Assembly: GCF_039540195.1 (NCBI RefSeq)
Contig: NZ_BAABEO010000025.1
Span: 83,631-107,630 of the forward strand
Origin: Arthrobacter ginkgonis
GTDB lineage: Bacteria > Actinomycetota > Actinomycetes > Actinomycetales > Micrococcaceae
DNA: 24,000 bases
Reading direction: 5' to 3'
Shown: positions 8,198-16,507 of the stretch, piece after piece
Numbering within the stretch: the stretch's first letter is position 1
Layout of the letters: every line of letters begins with the position of its first letter
Translations under genes and position numbers: made by a program
Notes under the pieces: model-generated
The model's database searches: none
What the model saw: only the letters and a program-made list of their open reading frames with translations
What the model was told of the DNA's origin: nothing

Positions 8198-9016
8198 TCA
8201 GTACAGGAAGATCGGCAGCCAGTCGCGGTTGTGTGCGTGCACCAGCGCAAGGAACAGGGCGAAGTCGAAGGTCAGGTGCACCGTGACGACGTAGCTGAAG
8301 GACTTCGTCAGCTTGAAGGTGTAGCCCTGCAGCAGCGCGAACGGAAACGTCAGAAGCGGCCCCCACGCCTGGTAGCCGATCTCCCACAGGAAGGACGAGA
8401 AAACCACGGCTTGAAGGAGGTTGGCCAGCCAATCCGGAAAGTGCCGCCGCAGCAGGGTGAACATGGTGCAGATGAAGAACAGTTCGTCCCAGATGCCGAC
8501 GGTGTTCACTCCGAGGAAGAGCCGCCAGAAGATGGTCGGGTCGGAGGCGTCCGGCCAGTTTTGGTAGACCCCCGTGCGGATCAGGTAGGCGGGCAGAACG
8601 AGGTAGCCGAGAAACACCACGCCGATCAGGTACAGCTTCGCGGGCAACGGCCATTTGCGGCCGGTGTTCACCGGAAACCTGATGATCCTCTCGCGGTAGA
8701 CGAAGCGCGACACCAGCCACGGCACCAGCACGGCCAAGGCGAGCGCCCCGCCCATGAGGGCCATGTGCTGGAGGCTCAAGTCGGCGTTCAGCGGGACCAG
8801 GCTGATGATGACCATTCCCGCCGCTACCAGCGCGAGGTGCCGCATCAGCTCGCGGTCGATGAAAGCCGCCGTGGCCAGGCCCAGGGCAAGGGCGCCGTAG
8901 CCAAGGGGATCGTTTTCGAACCCAAAGAGAAGCACTCCGGACGCGGAGACAAGCGCCGCCGGCACCAGCTTCCAACTGAGGGCGGTACGTGGCGTTTCCG
9001 TCGAGGTCAATGACAC
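8198..9016 (-). CDS. Polytopic membrane protein, possibly a divergent CPBP/Abi-type intramembrane protease homolog
   Basis: 272-aa ORF with about 7-8 hydrophobic segments. WDELFFICTMF resembles CPBP motif 1 (EExxxR) but with E->D and R lost. VVFSSFLWEIGY and VHLTFDFALF resemble motifs 2 and 3. The functional call is tentative. Confidence 0.6.
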   Translation of the reverse strand: MSLTSTETPRTALSWKLVPAALVSASGVLLFGFENDPLGYGALALGLATAAFIDRELMRHLALVAAGMVIISLVPLNADLSLQHMALMGGALALAVLVPWLVSRFVYRERIIRFPVNTGRKWPLPAKLYLIGVVFLGYLVLPAYLIRTGVYQNWPDASDPTIFWRLFLGVNTVGIWDELFFICTMFTLLRRHFPDWLANLLQAVVFSSFLWEIGYQAWGPLLTFPFALLQGYTFKLTKSFSYVVTVHLTFDFALFLALVHAHNRDWLPIFLY

Positions 9017-9043
9017 CCCACCAGCATGTCAGGACGGCACGAT

Positions 9044-9076
9044 GGCGGCACGCATCGCAGGATGATGCGTGCCGCC
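9044..9076 (-). terminator. Stem-loop just downstream of the MFS gene
   Basis: 13-bp perfect stem GGCGGCACGCATC (9044-9056) / GATGCGTGCCGCC (9064-9076) with a 7-nt loop. It lies 17 nt past the MFS stop (9093) in the direction of transcription and 28 nt upstream of the next gene's start (9016). Confidence 0.45.
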
Positions 9077-9092
9077 GTCGTCGACCTTCGTC

Positions 9093-10475
9093 CTACGGGG
9101 CTGCCGTCACGGCGTCCCCGGCGGCGGCCCCGCTGTTTTCGTCGCGGTTGCCTTCGTCCCGGCCCTTCCGTGCTGCCTGCGCAGCGGCCAGCGGAACGAA
9201 GAGGAAGGCCAGGGCGGCAAAGATTCCCGGGATGGCAAAGAAGAGGAAGTTCATCTGCACCGGGAGGCTGAGCGTCAGCAGGACGCCACCGAAGGTCGGT
9301 CCGACGATCGCCCCCAGCCGCCCGACGCCGGAGGCCAGCCCGATCGCCGTCGAGCGCATGAAGGACGGGTAGTACTGGGAGACGAAGGAGTAGGAAATGT
9401 TCTGGGCGCCCATGGTGCACGCACCGGTGATGAACACCAGCACCATCAGGATCGCCATGTTGTTGCCGAATCCCAGCAGCGTCAGCGAGACCGCCGAGAT
9501 CGCGAACATCGGGACGAGCACCTTCTTCACGCCCCACTTGTCGGCGAGCTTGCCCAGCACCAGGGTGCCGGCGATGGCTCCGACGTTCAGGACGATCATG
9601 AAGGTCAGGCTGGAGCCCAGGGCGTATCCGGCCTCCACCATCAGCTTGGGCAGCCAGGTCGAGACGCCGTTGATCATCAACAGGCACATGAAGAAGGCGA
9701 TCCAGATCATGATCGTTCCGAGCGCGCGGCGGTTCTTGAACAGGGCGCCCACCGGGCTACCCGCTTCCTTCTCCTGCAGGCCGGTGAATTCCGCGTCCGC
9801 CGAAAGGGCTGCGGTGGGGTTCACCTTGACCAGCGCCGCACGCAACTCACCGAGCCGCCCCTTCTCCAGGAGCATGGCCGGGGAGTCGACGAAGTACCTC
9901 ATCATGAACGGCAGGAACAGCAGGGGAAGGATGGCGACCCAGTAGACGGCATGCCAGCCGAAGGCGGGAAGCAGCAGCATGGAGACGAAGGCGGCCAGGA
10001 TGCCGCCCACGGAGAAGAAGCACATGACGACGGCGACCAGGGTGTTGGCGCGCCCCCTCGGTGCGTAATCGGTCAGCATCGCGATGAGGCAGGGCAGGAT
10101 GCCGCCGATGCCCAGACCTCCCAGGAAGCGCAGGACGGAGAACTCCAGGGGTCCCGGCGCGAAGCCGCACAGGGCCGAGGCGAGGGAAAAGAGGATGACG
10201 CTGGCCGTGAGGATCCTCTTCCTGCCGAACCGGTCCGCGAGGATTCCGAAGAGGATGGCGCCAACCATCATCCCGAAGATGCCGTAGCTGCCGATGGCCC
10301 CGGCCTGAATGGGATCCAGCGACCATTCCTTCATCAGCACCGGCAGGACCGATCCGTAAACGACCAGGTCATACATGTCGAAAGTGATGATGAAGCAGGC
10401 CCAGAACAGCATTCCGGCGTGGAAGCGGCCGAAACCCGCCCCGCCGATGAAATCCCTGATGTTGATGGTTGTCAT
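9093..10475 (-). CDS. MFS transporter, aromatic acid/H+ symporter (AAHS)-like
   Basis: 460-aa ORF with about 12 hydrophobic segments. It has the MFS loop 2-3 signature GILADRFGRKRIL and a central hydrophilic loop. Overall it resembles PcaK/BenK/MhpT-type transporters (recall only). Confidence 0.8.
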   Translation of the reverse strand: MTTINIRDFIGGAGFGRFHAGMLFWACFIITFDMYDLVVYGSVLPVLMKEWSLDPIQAGAIGSYGIFGMMVGAILFGILADRFGRKRILTASVILFSLASALCGFAPGPLEFSVLRFLGGLGIGGILPCLIAMLTDYAPRGRANTLVAVVMCFFSVGGILAAFVSMLLLPAFGWHAVYWVAILPLLFLPFMMRYFVDSPAMLLEKGRLGELRAALVKVNPTAALSADAEFTGLQEKEAGSPVGALFKNRRALGTIMIWIAFFMCLLMINGVSTWLPKLMVEAGYALGSSLTFMIVLNVGAIAGTLVLGKLADKWGVKKVLVPMFAISAVSLTLLGFGNNMAILMVLVFITGACTMGAQNISYSFVSQYYPSFMRSTAIGLASGVGRLGAIVGPTFGGVLLTLSLPVQMNFLFFAIPGIFAALAFLFVPLAAAQAARKGRDEGNRDENSGAAAGDAVTAAP

Positions 10476-10542
10476 GTCGATTGTCCCTAGTGGTTAACGG
10501 TGCCCGCGGGCACGTGCCGATGAGGTACTTCGGATACAGGTC

Positions 10543-10572
10543 GGCGGCACGAGCCGGATGACTCGTGCCGCC
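10543..10572 (-). terminator. Stem-loop between the esterase stop and the MFS start (terminator/attenuator candidate)
   Basis: 11-bp perfect stem GGCGGCACGAG (10543-10553) / CTCGTGCCGCC (10562-10572) with an 8-nt loop, in the 131-nt gap between 10607 and 10475. Confidence 0.4.
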
Positions 10573-10606
10573 GATGGATAGGCGGAAGGGGCGGGGCCCC
10601 GTGGGC

Positions 10607-11530
10607 TCAGTCCCGTTTCAGGAAGTCGCCTGTTTCCCGGAAGGCCCGGTGGAACTCCGGGATCCAGGAGAAGTTCTGGACGAAGCCGTGGTTGGACCCG
10701 GCGTAGCGGCTGACCGTGGCGTCGACGCCGGCCTCCTTGAGGCGGTAGCCGTAGAGTTCGCCCTCGTCGCGCAGGGGGTCGTACTCGGCCGTGATGACCA
10801 GGGCCGGCGGCAGGCCGGACAGGTCCTCGCGCTTGATGGGCGAGACGAGGGGATCGGCCGGATCCGCCCCGCTCTCGAGGTAGAAGGAGTTGAAGGGTTT
10901 GAGGCCCGCCGTCTCCAGCCCGTACCCTTCGGCGTTCTCCCGCAGCGAGGCGTAGCGGTCGACGTCGAAGTCCAGGTCCAGCGACGGGTAGAACAGCACC
11001 TGGTGCGTGATGCCGGCGAACCCGTCGTCGTGGGCCTTGGCGGCGACCGCGGCCACGAAGGTCCCGCCGGAACTGTCGCCGGCGATGGCGAGGTTCTTCC
11101 CGTCCCAGCCCAGCCTCTGCCCCTGCCCGGCGGCCCAGCGGACCACCCCGTAGCAGTCCTCCAGGCCCGCCGGGAAGGCGGCCTCGGGGGCCCGGCGGTA
11201 GCCCACGGAGATGACCTTGTGGCCGGTCTCCCTGGCCAGGGACCGCGCGACGTGGTCGTGGGTGTCCAGGCTGCCCAGGAAGAACGCGCCGCCGTGGAAG
11301 TACACCAGCAGGCCGTAGGTCTCCGCCTCCACCGGCGTGTAGATCCGCACGGGCACCTGTCCGGCTGAAGTCTGCAGGGTCAGGTCCTCAACGGAGTGCA
11401 GCGGCAGGCGCTCCTCCAGCGGGGCAACCATGGATTCCTCGTGCGCGCGCATGGCCTCCGGGTTCAGCGGAGAGCCATCCGGAGCAGGAAGGGTGGCGAG
11501 GATCTTGGCGATTTCGGGATGGATAGCCAT
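10607..11530 (-). CDS. Alpha/beta hydrolase, hormone-sensitive-lipase (family IV) type esterase
   Basis: Oxyanion motif VYFHGGAFFLGS (HGG), nucleophile elbow IAGDSSGGT (GDSxG), acid ITAEYDPLRDE, and histidine GSNHGF. Confidence 0.85.
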   Translation of the reverse strand: MAIHPEIAKILATLPAPDGSPLNPEAMRAHEESMVAPLEERLPLHSVEDLTLQTSAGQVPVRIYTPVEAETYGLLVYFHGGAFFLGSLDTHDHVARSLARETGHKVISVGYRRAPEAAFPAGLEDCYGVVRWAAGQGQRLGWDGKNLAIAGDSSGGTFVAAVAAKAHDDGFAGITHQVLFYPSLDLDFDVDRYASLRENAEGYGLETAGLKPFNSFYLESGADPADPLVSPIKREDLSGLPPALVITAEYDPLRDEGELYGYRLKEAGVDATVSRYAGSNHGFVQNFSWIPEFHRAFRETGDFLKRD

Positions 11531-11545
11531 TGGGCGACCTCGGCC

Positions 11546-12655
11546 TTACTGGTTGGCCGGGAACGCGGAGTCCACCGCGTCGGCGTGCCAGCCGAGGCGG
11601 GAGACGCGCTGCAGTTCATCCGTCACCGGTTTGCGGGTGGCCTGGTAGATCGACAGCGCGTCCTTCACGGAGTCGCCCTGCAGGAGCGCCTCGGCGAGGC
11701 CGTCGGCATCCAGGATCGCCGAGTTCGCGCCCTGGCCCTGATGGTGGAGCATCGCGTGGGCCGCATCGCCCAGCAGCGCGACGGAGTCGGTGTGCCACGA
11801 GTCGACCGAATCGATGTCGAACACCGAACGGCTCGTCACCTGGCTCAGGTCGAGCTCCCGGGCGACCTGGACGATCCGCTCATCGAAGCCTTCCAGGATC
11901 TTCACGAGGTACTCGGTCGAGATCTCCGGCGCCCACGAGTCGTCGTCGGACGGGGCCGTGATGTCGTAGGAGAGCTGCCCGCGGTGACGCAGCGGCAGGT
12001 TGTAGGCGATCGTGCCGTTCTCGCCCATGTAGAAGCGCGGGTTGTCGTCCGTCACCAGCCCGTGGGCGTCCTCGATCGAAATGACCGCACGGTAGGCGTG
12101 CTCGCCGGAGAACACCGGCTCCTTCTGCGAGAACAGTTGGTTGCGCACCGTCGAGCGGATGCCGTCGGCGCCGATCACGAGGTCGGCGGTGACTACCTCG
12201 CCGTTCGCGAAGGTCAGCGTCGCGTGGTCGCCGTTGTCCTCGATGGTCTCCAGCTTGTGGCCGAGGTGCACCATGCCCTCGGGGAGCACGCTGAGCAGGG
12301 CGTCGATGAAGTCCCCGCGGTGGATCATGCGGTTGTGGTTGACCTGCTCGTAGGCGTTCAGGAACGGCCACTCCTCGTTCGCCAGGACGTGCTTGCCGTC
12401 CGCGCTGAGGATCTCCAGGTGGTCGCTGGGCGAGCTCACCGCGGCGATCGCATCGAAGATGCCCCACTTGCGGAACAGTTCGACCGACGGCGGGCGCAGC
12501 CCGATGCCGGCGCCGACCTGGGCGAGGGCGGATGCCTGCTCATAGACGTGGACATTTTCCGCGCCGATGCTCTGCAGCGCCTTGGCCACGGAGGCCCCGC
12601 CGTAGCCGCCGCCGACGATGGCGATCTTGAGGTTCTGAATTTCCGAAGCCTTCAT
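11546..12655 (-). CDS. Class A FAD-dependent aromatic-ring monooxygenase (salicylate / 6-hydroxynicotinate hydroxylase-like)
   Basis: Real start ATG 12655 (MKASEIQNLKIAIVGGGYGGASVA), inside the over-extended track ORF 11546..13774. Motifs are GxGxxG, DG motif VIGADGIRSTVR, and GD motif LLGDAAHAMLHHQGQGANSAILDA. Confidence 0.85.
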   Translation of the reverse strand: MKASEIQNLKIAIVGGGYGGASVAKALQSIGAENVHVYEQASALAQVGAGIGLRPPSVELFRKWGIFDAIAAVSSPSDHLEILSADGKHVLANEEWPFLNAYEQVNHNRMIHRGDFIDALLSVLPEGMVHLGHKLETIEDNGDHATLTFANGEVVTADLVIGADGIRSTVRNQLFSQKEPVFSGEHAYRAVISIEDAHGLVTDDNPRFYMGENGTIAYNLPLRHRGQLSYDITAPSDDDSWAPEISTEYLVKILEGFDERIVQVARELDLSQVTSRSVFDIDSVDSWHTDSVALLGDAAHAMLHHQGQGANSAILDADGLAEALLQGDSVKDALSIYQATRKPVTDELQRVSRLGWHADAVDSAFPANQ

Positions 12656-12720
12656 TGTTTTTCTCTTTCTTGACCCAGGGCGTCCCTGGAAAAACGGGGG
12701 TGTGGTGGTGTGCCGAAGGA

Positions 12721-13674
12721 TCAGGCCTGGATCGCCAGGAAGTCGGCAGGGTTCTCTTCGAAGATGGCCTTGAGCTGCGCGTCGCCGATGCCGTTGGTGC
12801 GCATGTCGGGGATCAGCACCTCGAAGATGTAGTTCACGGTGTGGCCCTTGACGCCGGGCCAGCCGAGCGGGCTGCAGTTGGCGTCGGCGGAGACGAGGAG
12901 CTGGTCGAGGTATCCCTTGCCCACCAGGTCGATGAAGTGGTCCATGCGGTCCTTGCGCGGACGGGCCCAGAACGGCGGGTCCGGGAGCTCGGTTTCGTAG
13001 CCGAAGGTGTCGAAGCCGATGCGGCCGCCTTCGCCCATGATCATTTCGCTGGGGGTGCTCGCCGCGTTCAGGCCGTCGTCGGCGTGCCCGAAGAGCACGC
13101 GGTCCAGCGGCAGGCCCTCCTCGCGGAAGATCGCGATCGCCGGCTCGGGGTCGATGGCCAGGTGGGTGAGGACCGGCACCCCGGTCACGACGGCGGCGCG
13201 GGCCGCTGCCCGGTAGATGCGCTTGTCCAGTTCGGTCATGCGGCCACCGCGGCTTACGCCGACCTTGATGATGCCGGCCTTGCTGCCGGTGTCCCCGATG
13301 CCCACGGTGATCTCGTGGATGAAGACCCGGGCCAGGTAGTCGACGGTCGCACGGGCGAAGTGCGGCAGCGCGGTGTCCCCGCCGACGAACCCGGTGCAGG
13401 CGACGATGTTGACGCCGGTCTTCCTGGACAGGGACTTGTAGTAGTCGATGTCGCGGCCGTTGCAGATGCCGGTGGCGTCGACGAAGGTCCCGCCGCCGTT
13501 TTCGTGGAACGTGCGCAGCTTCGGCACCGTCTCTTCGTAGGCCTGCTCGGGCGTCTTCCACCACTTGGAGTCCAGCTCGGACCCGGGCATGCCGTATCCG
13601 ATGTGCTCGTGGATGGCCACCAGGCCCAGTTCTTCGGCCGGGATCGTCCCCAGCACGGTGTTTACCTTGGTCAT
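12721..13674 (-). CDS. Phosphotriesterase-family (PTE/PLL-like) amidohydrolase with a canonical metal-ligand set
   Basis: VAIHEHI (HxH), AGIIKVGVS (candidate carboxylated Lys), VPVLTHLA (His), VLFGHADD (His), LLVSADAN (Asp). RBS GAGGGGA precedes the ATG at 13674. Confidence 0.8.
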   Translation of the reverse strand: MTKVNTVLGTIPAEELGLVAIHEHIGYGMPGSELDSKWWKTPEQAYEETVPKLRTFHENGGGTFVDATGICNGRDIDYYKSLSRKTGVNIVACTGFVGGDTALPHFARATVDYLARVFIHEITVGIGDTGSKAGIIKVGVSRGGRMTELDKRIYRAAARAAVVTGVPVLTHLAIDPEPAIAIFREEGLPLDRVLFGHADDGLNAASTPSEMIMGEGGRIGFDTFGYETELPDPPFWARPRKDRMDHFIDLVGKGYLDQLLVSADANCSPLGWPGVKGHTVNYIFEVLIPDMRTNGIGDAQLKAIFEENPADFLAIQA

Positions 13675-13721
13675 TACTGTCCCCTCGGGAAAAAGCTTGT
13701 TGGGTGTGTGCCGCCGCGCGT

Positions 13722-14705
13722 TCAGCGCACCGACAGCAGGTTGCGCGGGTTGTCGACGAGGATGCGCTGGGCATCCTCGTCGCTCAGGCCCTGCGACTTG
13801 AGGAAGGGCGCGAACGTGGACAGGACGTAGCTGTACGGCAGGTCGTAGTCCGGCAATCCCTTGGCCACGCCGATCGCGTTGCCGGACAGGATGATCTGGT
13901 GCCCGTGGCCGGCCGCGACGAGTTCGAGCACCAGGGCCGCGCGCTCGCGGTCGGTGAGGTAGTCGCCGTCGTCGTTCAGGCCGACGTGGTCCAGGCCCAC
14001 GAAGGCCCCCCGGCGGGCCACCTCATGGGCGGCGCCGGCGGCGTCCTTGCGGTCAAGGTCCCCCACAAGCACCCGGTCGGCCGGAATCTTCTCCTCCAGC
14101 ACGACGTCGAGGTCGTGCACGGCGTCGGCGCCGAAGCGGATGGACACCGGCACCCCGGTGTCCAGCGCGGCGCGGGCCGAACCGCGGAACAGGCTCTCCT
14201 CGGTGGCGGTCATGCCGCTGCGGTCGGCGGTGGTCGTGACGATGCCGGCGGCGGCACGGCGCTCAACGCGGGGGACCACCATGCCCTCGGTGACCTCCTT
14301 GGAGAAGAGGTCCGCGAACTTCTCGGCCGGCCACGGGGTCGGGGGGTTGGTCTGCGGCGTCAGAAAGTAGCCGCCGAGCTCCTCCTCGGGGCCAAGGCCC
14401 GTGGAGGCGACGATGTGCACGCCGGTAGAGCGGGACAGGGCCTCGTAGAGCTTGAGGTCGCGGCCGTGGAACATGCCTGTACTGTCGACGATGGTCTTTC
14501 CGCCCTGGGCGCGGAAGTCCGCCAGCTTCGCGGCCAGGATCTCGAAGATCTCCGCCCGGTCCATGGTGATGTCCGGGGCGTACTGGGCGCCGGGGAGCAC
14601 CGAGAGCAGGGCCTCGTGGACCCCGACAACACCCAATTCGTGAGCGGGGACGGGGCCAAGGACCGTGTTGACGGTTTGGCCGGTGACATTCGTTGTATCC
14701 GTCAT
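13722..14705 (-). CDS. PTE-family paralog with most metal-ligand positions substituted (possible pseudoenzyme or partner subunit)
   Basis: It is colinear by eye with the downstream PTE gene (TVNTVLG.VPA.ELG.V..HE..., GG.T.VD.TG...GRD...Y..LSR.TGV.IVA.TG, AAGIV, TGVPV, DRVL.G). The ligand positions read VHEALL (second His->Ala), GIVTTTA (Lys->Thr), VSIRFG (His->Arg), LVGDLDR (His->Asp) and ILSGNAI (Asp->Asn). The ATG at 14705 has GAAAGG 8 nt upstream; the track start is GTG at 14711. Confidence 0.7.
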   Translation of the reverse strand: MTDTTNVTGQTVNTVLGPVPAHELGVVGVHEALLSVLPGAQYAPDITMDRAEIFEILAAKLADFRAQGGKTIVDSTGMFHGRDLKLYEALSRSTGVHIVASTGLGPEEELGGYFLTPQTNPPTPWPAEKFADLFSKEVTEGMVVPRVERRAAAGIVTTTADRSGMTATEESLFRGSARAALDTGVPVSIRFGADAVHDLDVVLEEKIPADRVLVGDLDRKDAAGAAHEVARRGAFVGLDHVGLNDDGDYLTDRERAALVLELVAAGHGHQIILSGNAIGVAKGLPDYDLPYSYVLSTFAPFLKSQGLSDEDAQRILVDNPRNLLSVR

Positions 14706-14905
14706 TGGCACAACCTTTCGTCAGCGTCACGCCCTCATTGGCGTCACGCGCTGGGAAGGATCATGCACCGCGCGACCTCTGGATGGATCCTCGCCGAACT
14801 CGGTGCAGGCGATGTAAACGAAGGAGACAGCGCGCGGGGAGCCCAGGATCCGCTATGGACCCTAGTCCCCTGCTCGCGCCTGTGACCTTGATTACCTGCG
14901 TACTA

Positions 14906-14933
14906 GATTTACATGTTGTTATGCCAAAGTCAA
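14906..14933 (-). promoter_or_regulatory. Candidate sigma70-type promoter for the PTE operon, with an adjacent CTAG-centred element
   Basis: On the minus strand: TTGACT (14933-14928), a 16-nt spacer, then TAAATC (14911-14906). This is the only AT-rich stretch (14886-14935) in the gap between the GntR stop and the PTE-like start. GTACTAGAT (14899-14907) half-resembles the HutC/DasR-type core GTCTAGAC. Confidence 0.3.
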
Positions 14934-14985
14934 TGGAGAGTCTCCCGCAGCTGGCCGCGCTCCTCCTTCGGGGCCCGGCGGCGAC

Positions 14986-15729
14986 TCAGCGGCTGGTGGT
15001 GAACCGGTACTTGAAATCCTCGGCACGGTGCACCGCGGAACGCCATCCCGCGGGCAGGCCCCCGGTCGTGAAGAAGGTTGTCTCGATGACGAGCAACGGG
15101 CTCCCCTCGCCCACGCCGAAGGTCGCCGCCTGGCCGGCGGTTGCCGCCGTCGCCCAGGCTTCGTGCTCGGCCCGGTCGAGCGTGATGCCGAACTCCCGCT
15201 CCAGCAGCTCGAAGGCGGATCCCCGGTCTTCCAGTTCCTCAATCGAGGGGCTGAACTCCTCGGGCGCGCGAACATAGATGCTGGCTTCCACGAGAGGCTC
15301 GTTCTCGACCGAGATCAACCGGATGAAATGCAGGAGCCGTTCGTGCGCTTCGAGCCCCAAGAGGTCCCGAATCCGGGCGGGGGGTTCCACGCGTTCGATG
15401 CCGGAAACCGTCCCGGTCGGATGCAGTCCGCTGTCGGAGAGGTACTGGTACAGGGCCCCCGACCGCACGTCGGCCGGCCGCCGCACCCGGGCACCCGTGA
15501 CCGGGAACGTCCCCTTGCCTTGCTTCCTGTAGACGTACCCCTCGCTGACGAGCTCCTGGAGGGCCTGCCGGATGGGCGCCCGGCTGACGTCGAATCGGCC
15601 GAGCAGCTGCGCCTCGGTCATCGGCGTGTTGGGATCCACGTTTCCCTCGGCGATCTCCCTGCGCAGGATTTCCTTGATCTGCCGATACAGGGGTACCCCG
15701 GACGAGGGATCGAGCTCGCCATATGCCAT
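14986..15729 (-). CDS. GntR-family transcriptional regulator, HutC subfamily (wHTH + UTRA effector domain)
   Basis: Likely start ATG 15729 ([29 protein letters not shown]...[35 protein letters not shown]). The C-terminal half has a UTRA-like layout (chorismate-lyase fold pattern). Confidence 0.8.
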   Translation of the reverse strand: [247 protein letters not shown]

Positions 15730-15826
15730 CAGTCTTCTGTTCCTCCACGCCAGGTGCCACCGGGTTGTAGCCTGCAGGAAGTCAACCACAGAACGGCGAA
15801 AGCATAGGCGACGGCGTTCGGCAGCC

Positions 15827-15854
15827 TTGACGGGTCAATCCATCTCTATACAGT
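15827..15854 (+). promoter_or_regulatory. Candidate promoter for the DUF2231 gene
   Basis: TTGACG (15827-15832), a 16-nt spacer, then TACAGT (15849-15854, TANNNT type), 30 nt upstream of the GTG at 15884. Confidence 0.35.
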
Positions 15855-15883
15855 CGAGCCGCGTCGGCGTAGCGTCAGCAAGC

Positions 15884-16423
15884 GTGAGCGAATTGTCACT
15901 GCCGCAACGACTGGCCCGGGCCGTGGGCGAAAGTTCCCTCTCGGAACGGGTGGCTGTCGCCCAAGAGCGCGTCTACGGACCGGTTATCGACTGGGCGCGG
16001 CGCAGCCCCTTTCACACCAGCGTCCTCGGCCACTCCGTGCATCCACCCCTCACCGACGTGACGCTTGGATGCTGGATGAGTGCGTCCATCCTCGACCTCG
16101 CCGGAGGACCCCAGGCACGGCGCGGTGCCACGCTCCTGGTCGGAGCCGGGCTGGCGGCGGCCGGGCCGACCGCCCTTGCAGGCACCAGCGACTGGGCGGA
16201 AATGAACGGCCCCGAGCGGCGGATCGGCGCGGTACACGCACTGGGCGCCAATGCCGCCGCCTTCCTTTTCCTCGGTTCCCTGATCGCGCGGATGCGCGGC
16301 CGCCATGGCCTCGGCGTGGGTCTGGGTCTCGCCGGAAACGCCATCGCGGCCGGAGCAGGATTCCTGGGCGGGCATCTGGCGCTCACCCACGGAACGGCCC
16401 GGCGGACCACCGAAGCCACCTAG
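15884..16423 (+). CDS. DUF2231-like membrane protein
   Basis: Within track ORF 15572..16423, with a proposed GTG start at 15884 (VSELSLPQRL...). It has the motif GHSVHPPLTDVTLGCWMSASILDL followed by 3-4 hydrophobic segments. The start codon is uncertain. Confidence 0.55.
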   Translation: MSELSLPQRLARAVGESSLSERVAVAQERVYGPVIDWARRSPFHTSVLGHSVHPPLTDVTLGCWMSASILDLAGGPQARRGATLLVGAGLAAAGPTALAGTSDWAEMNGPERRIGAVHALGANAAAFLFLGSLIARMRGRHGLGVGLGLAGNAIAAGAGFLGGHLALTHGTARRTTEAT

Positions 16424-16507
16424 CCACCAATCGCCCGGGCCTGCACCGGCCCACTGGCAGGACGCGGCCCAGGAATACCCGCCGTCGCCGTCGGGTTGGC
16501 TCCTGAT

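Noticed and set aside
8198-10475. Lower GC (about 60-62% in spot counts) of the CPBP-like and MFS genes as a sign of horizontal acquisition.
   Set aside because: Membrane proteins rich in Phe/Ile/Leu/Met codons are routinely a few percent lower in GC. The counts came from only a few 60-nt samples, and there are no flanking mobility signatures.
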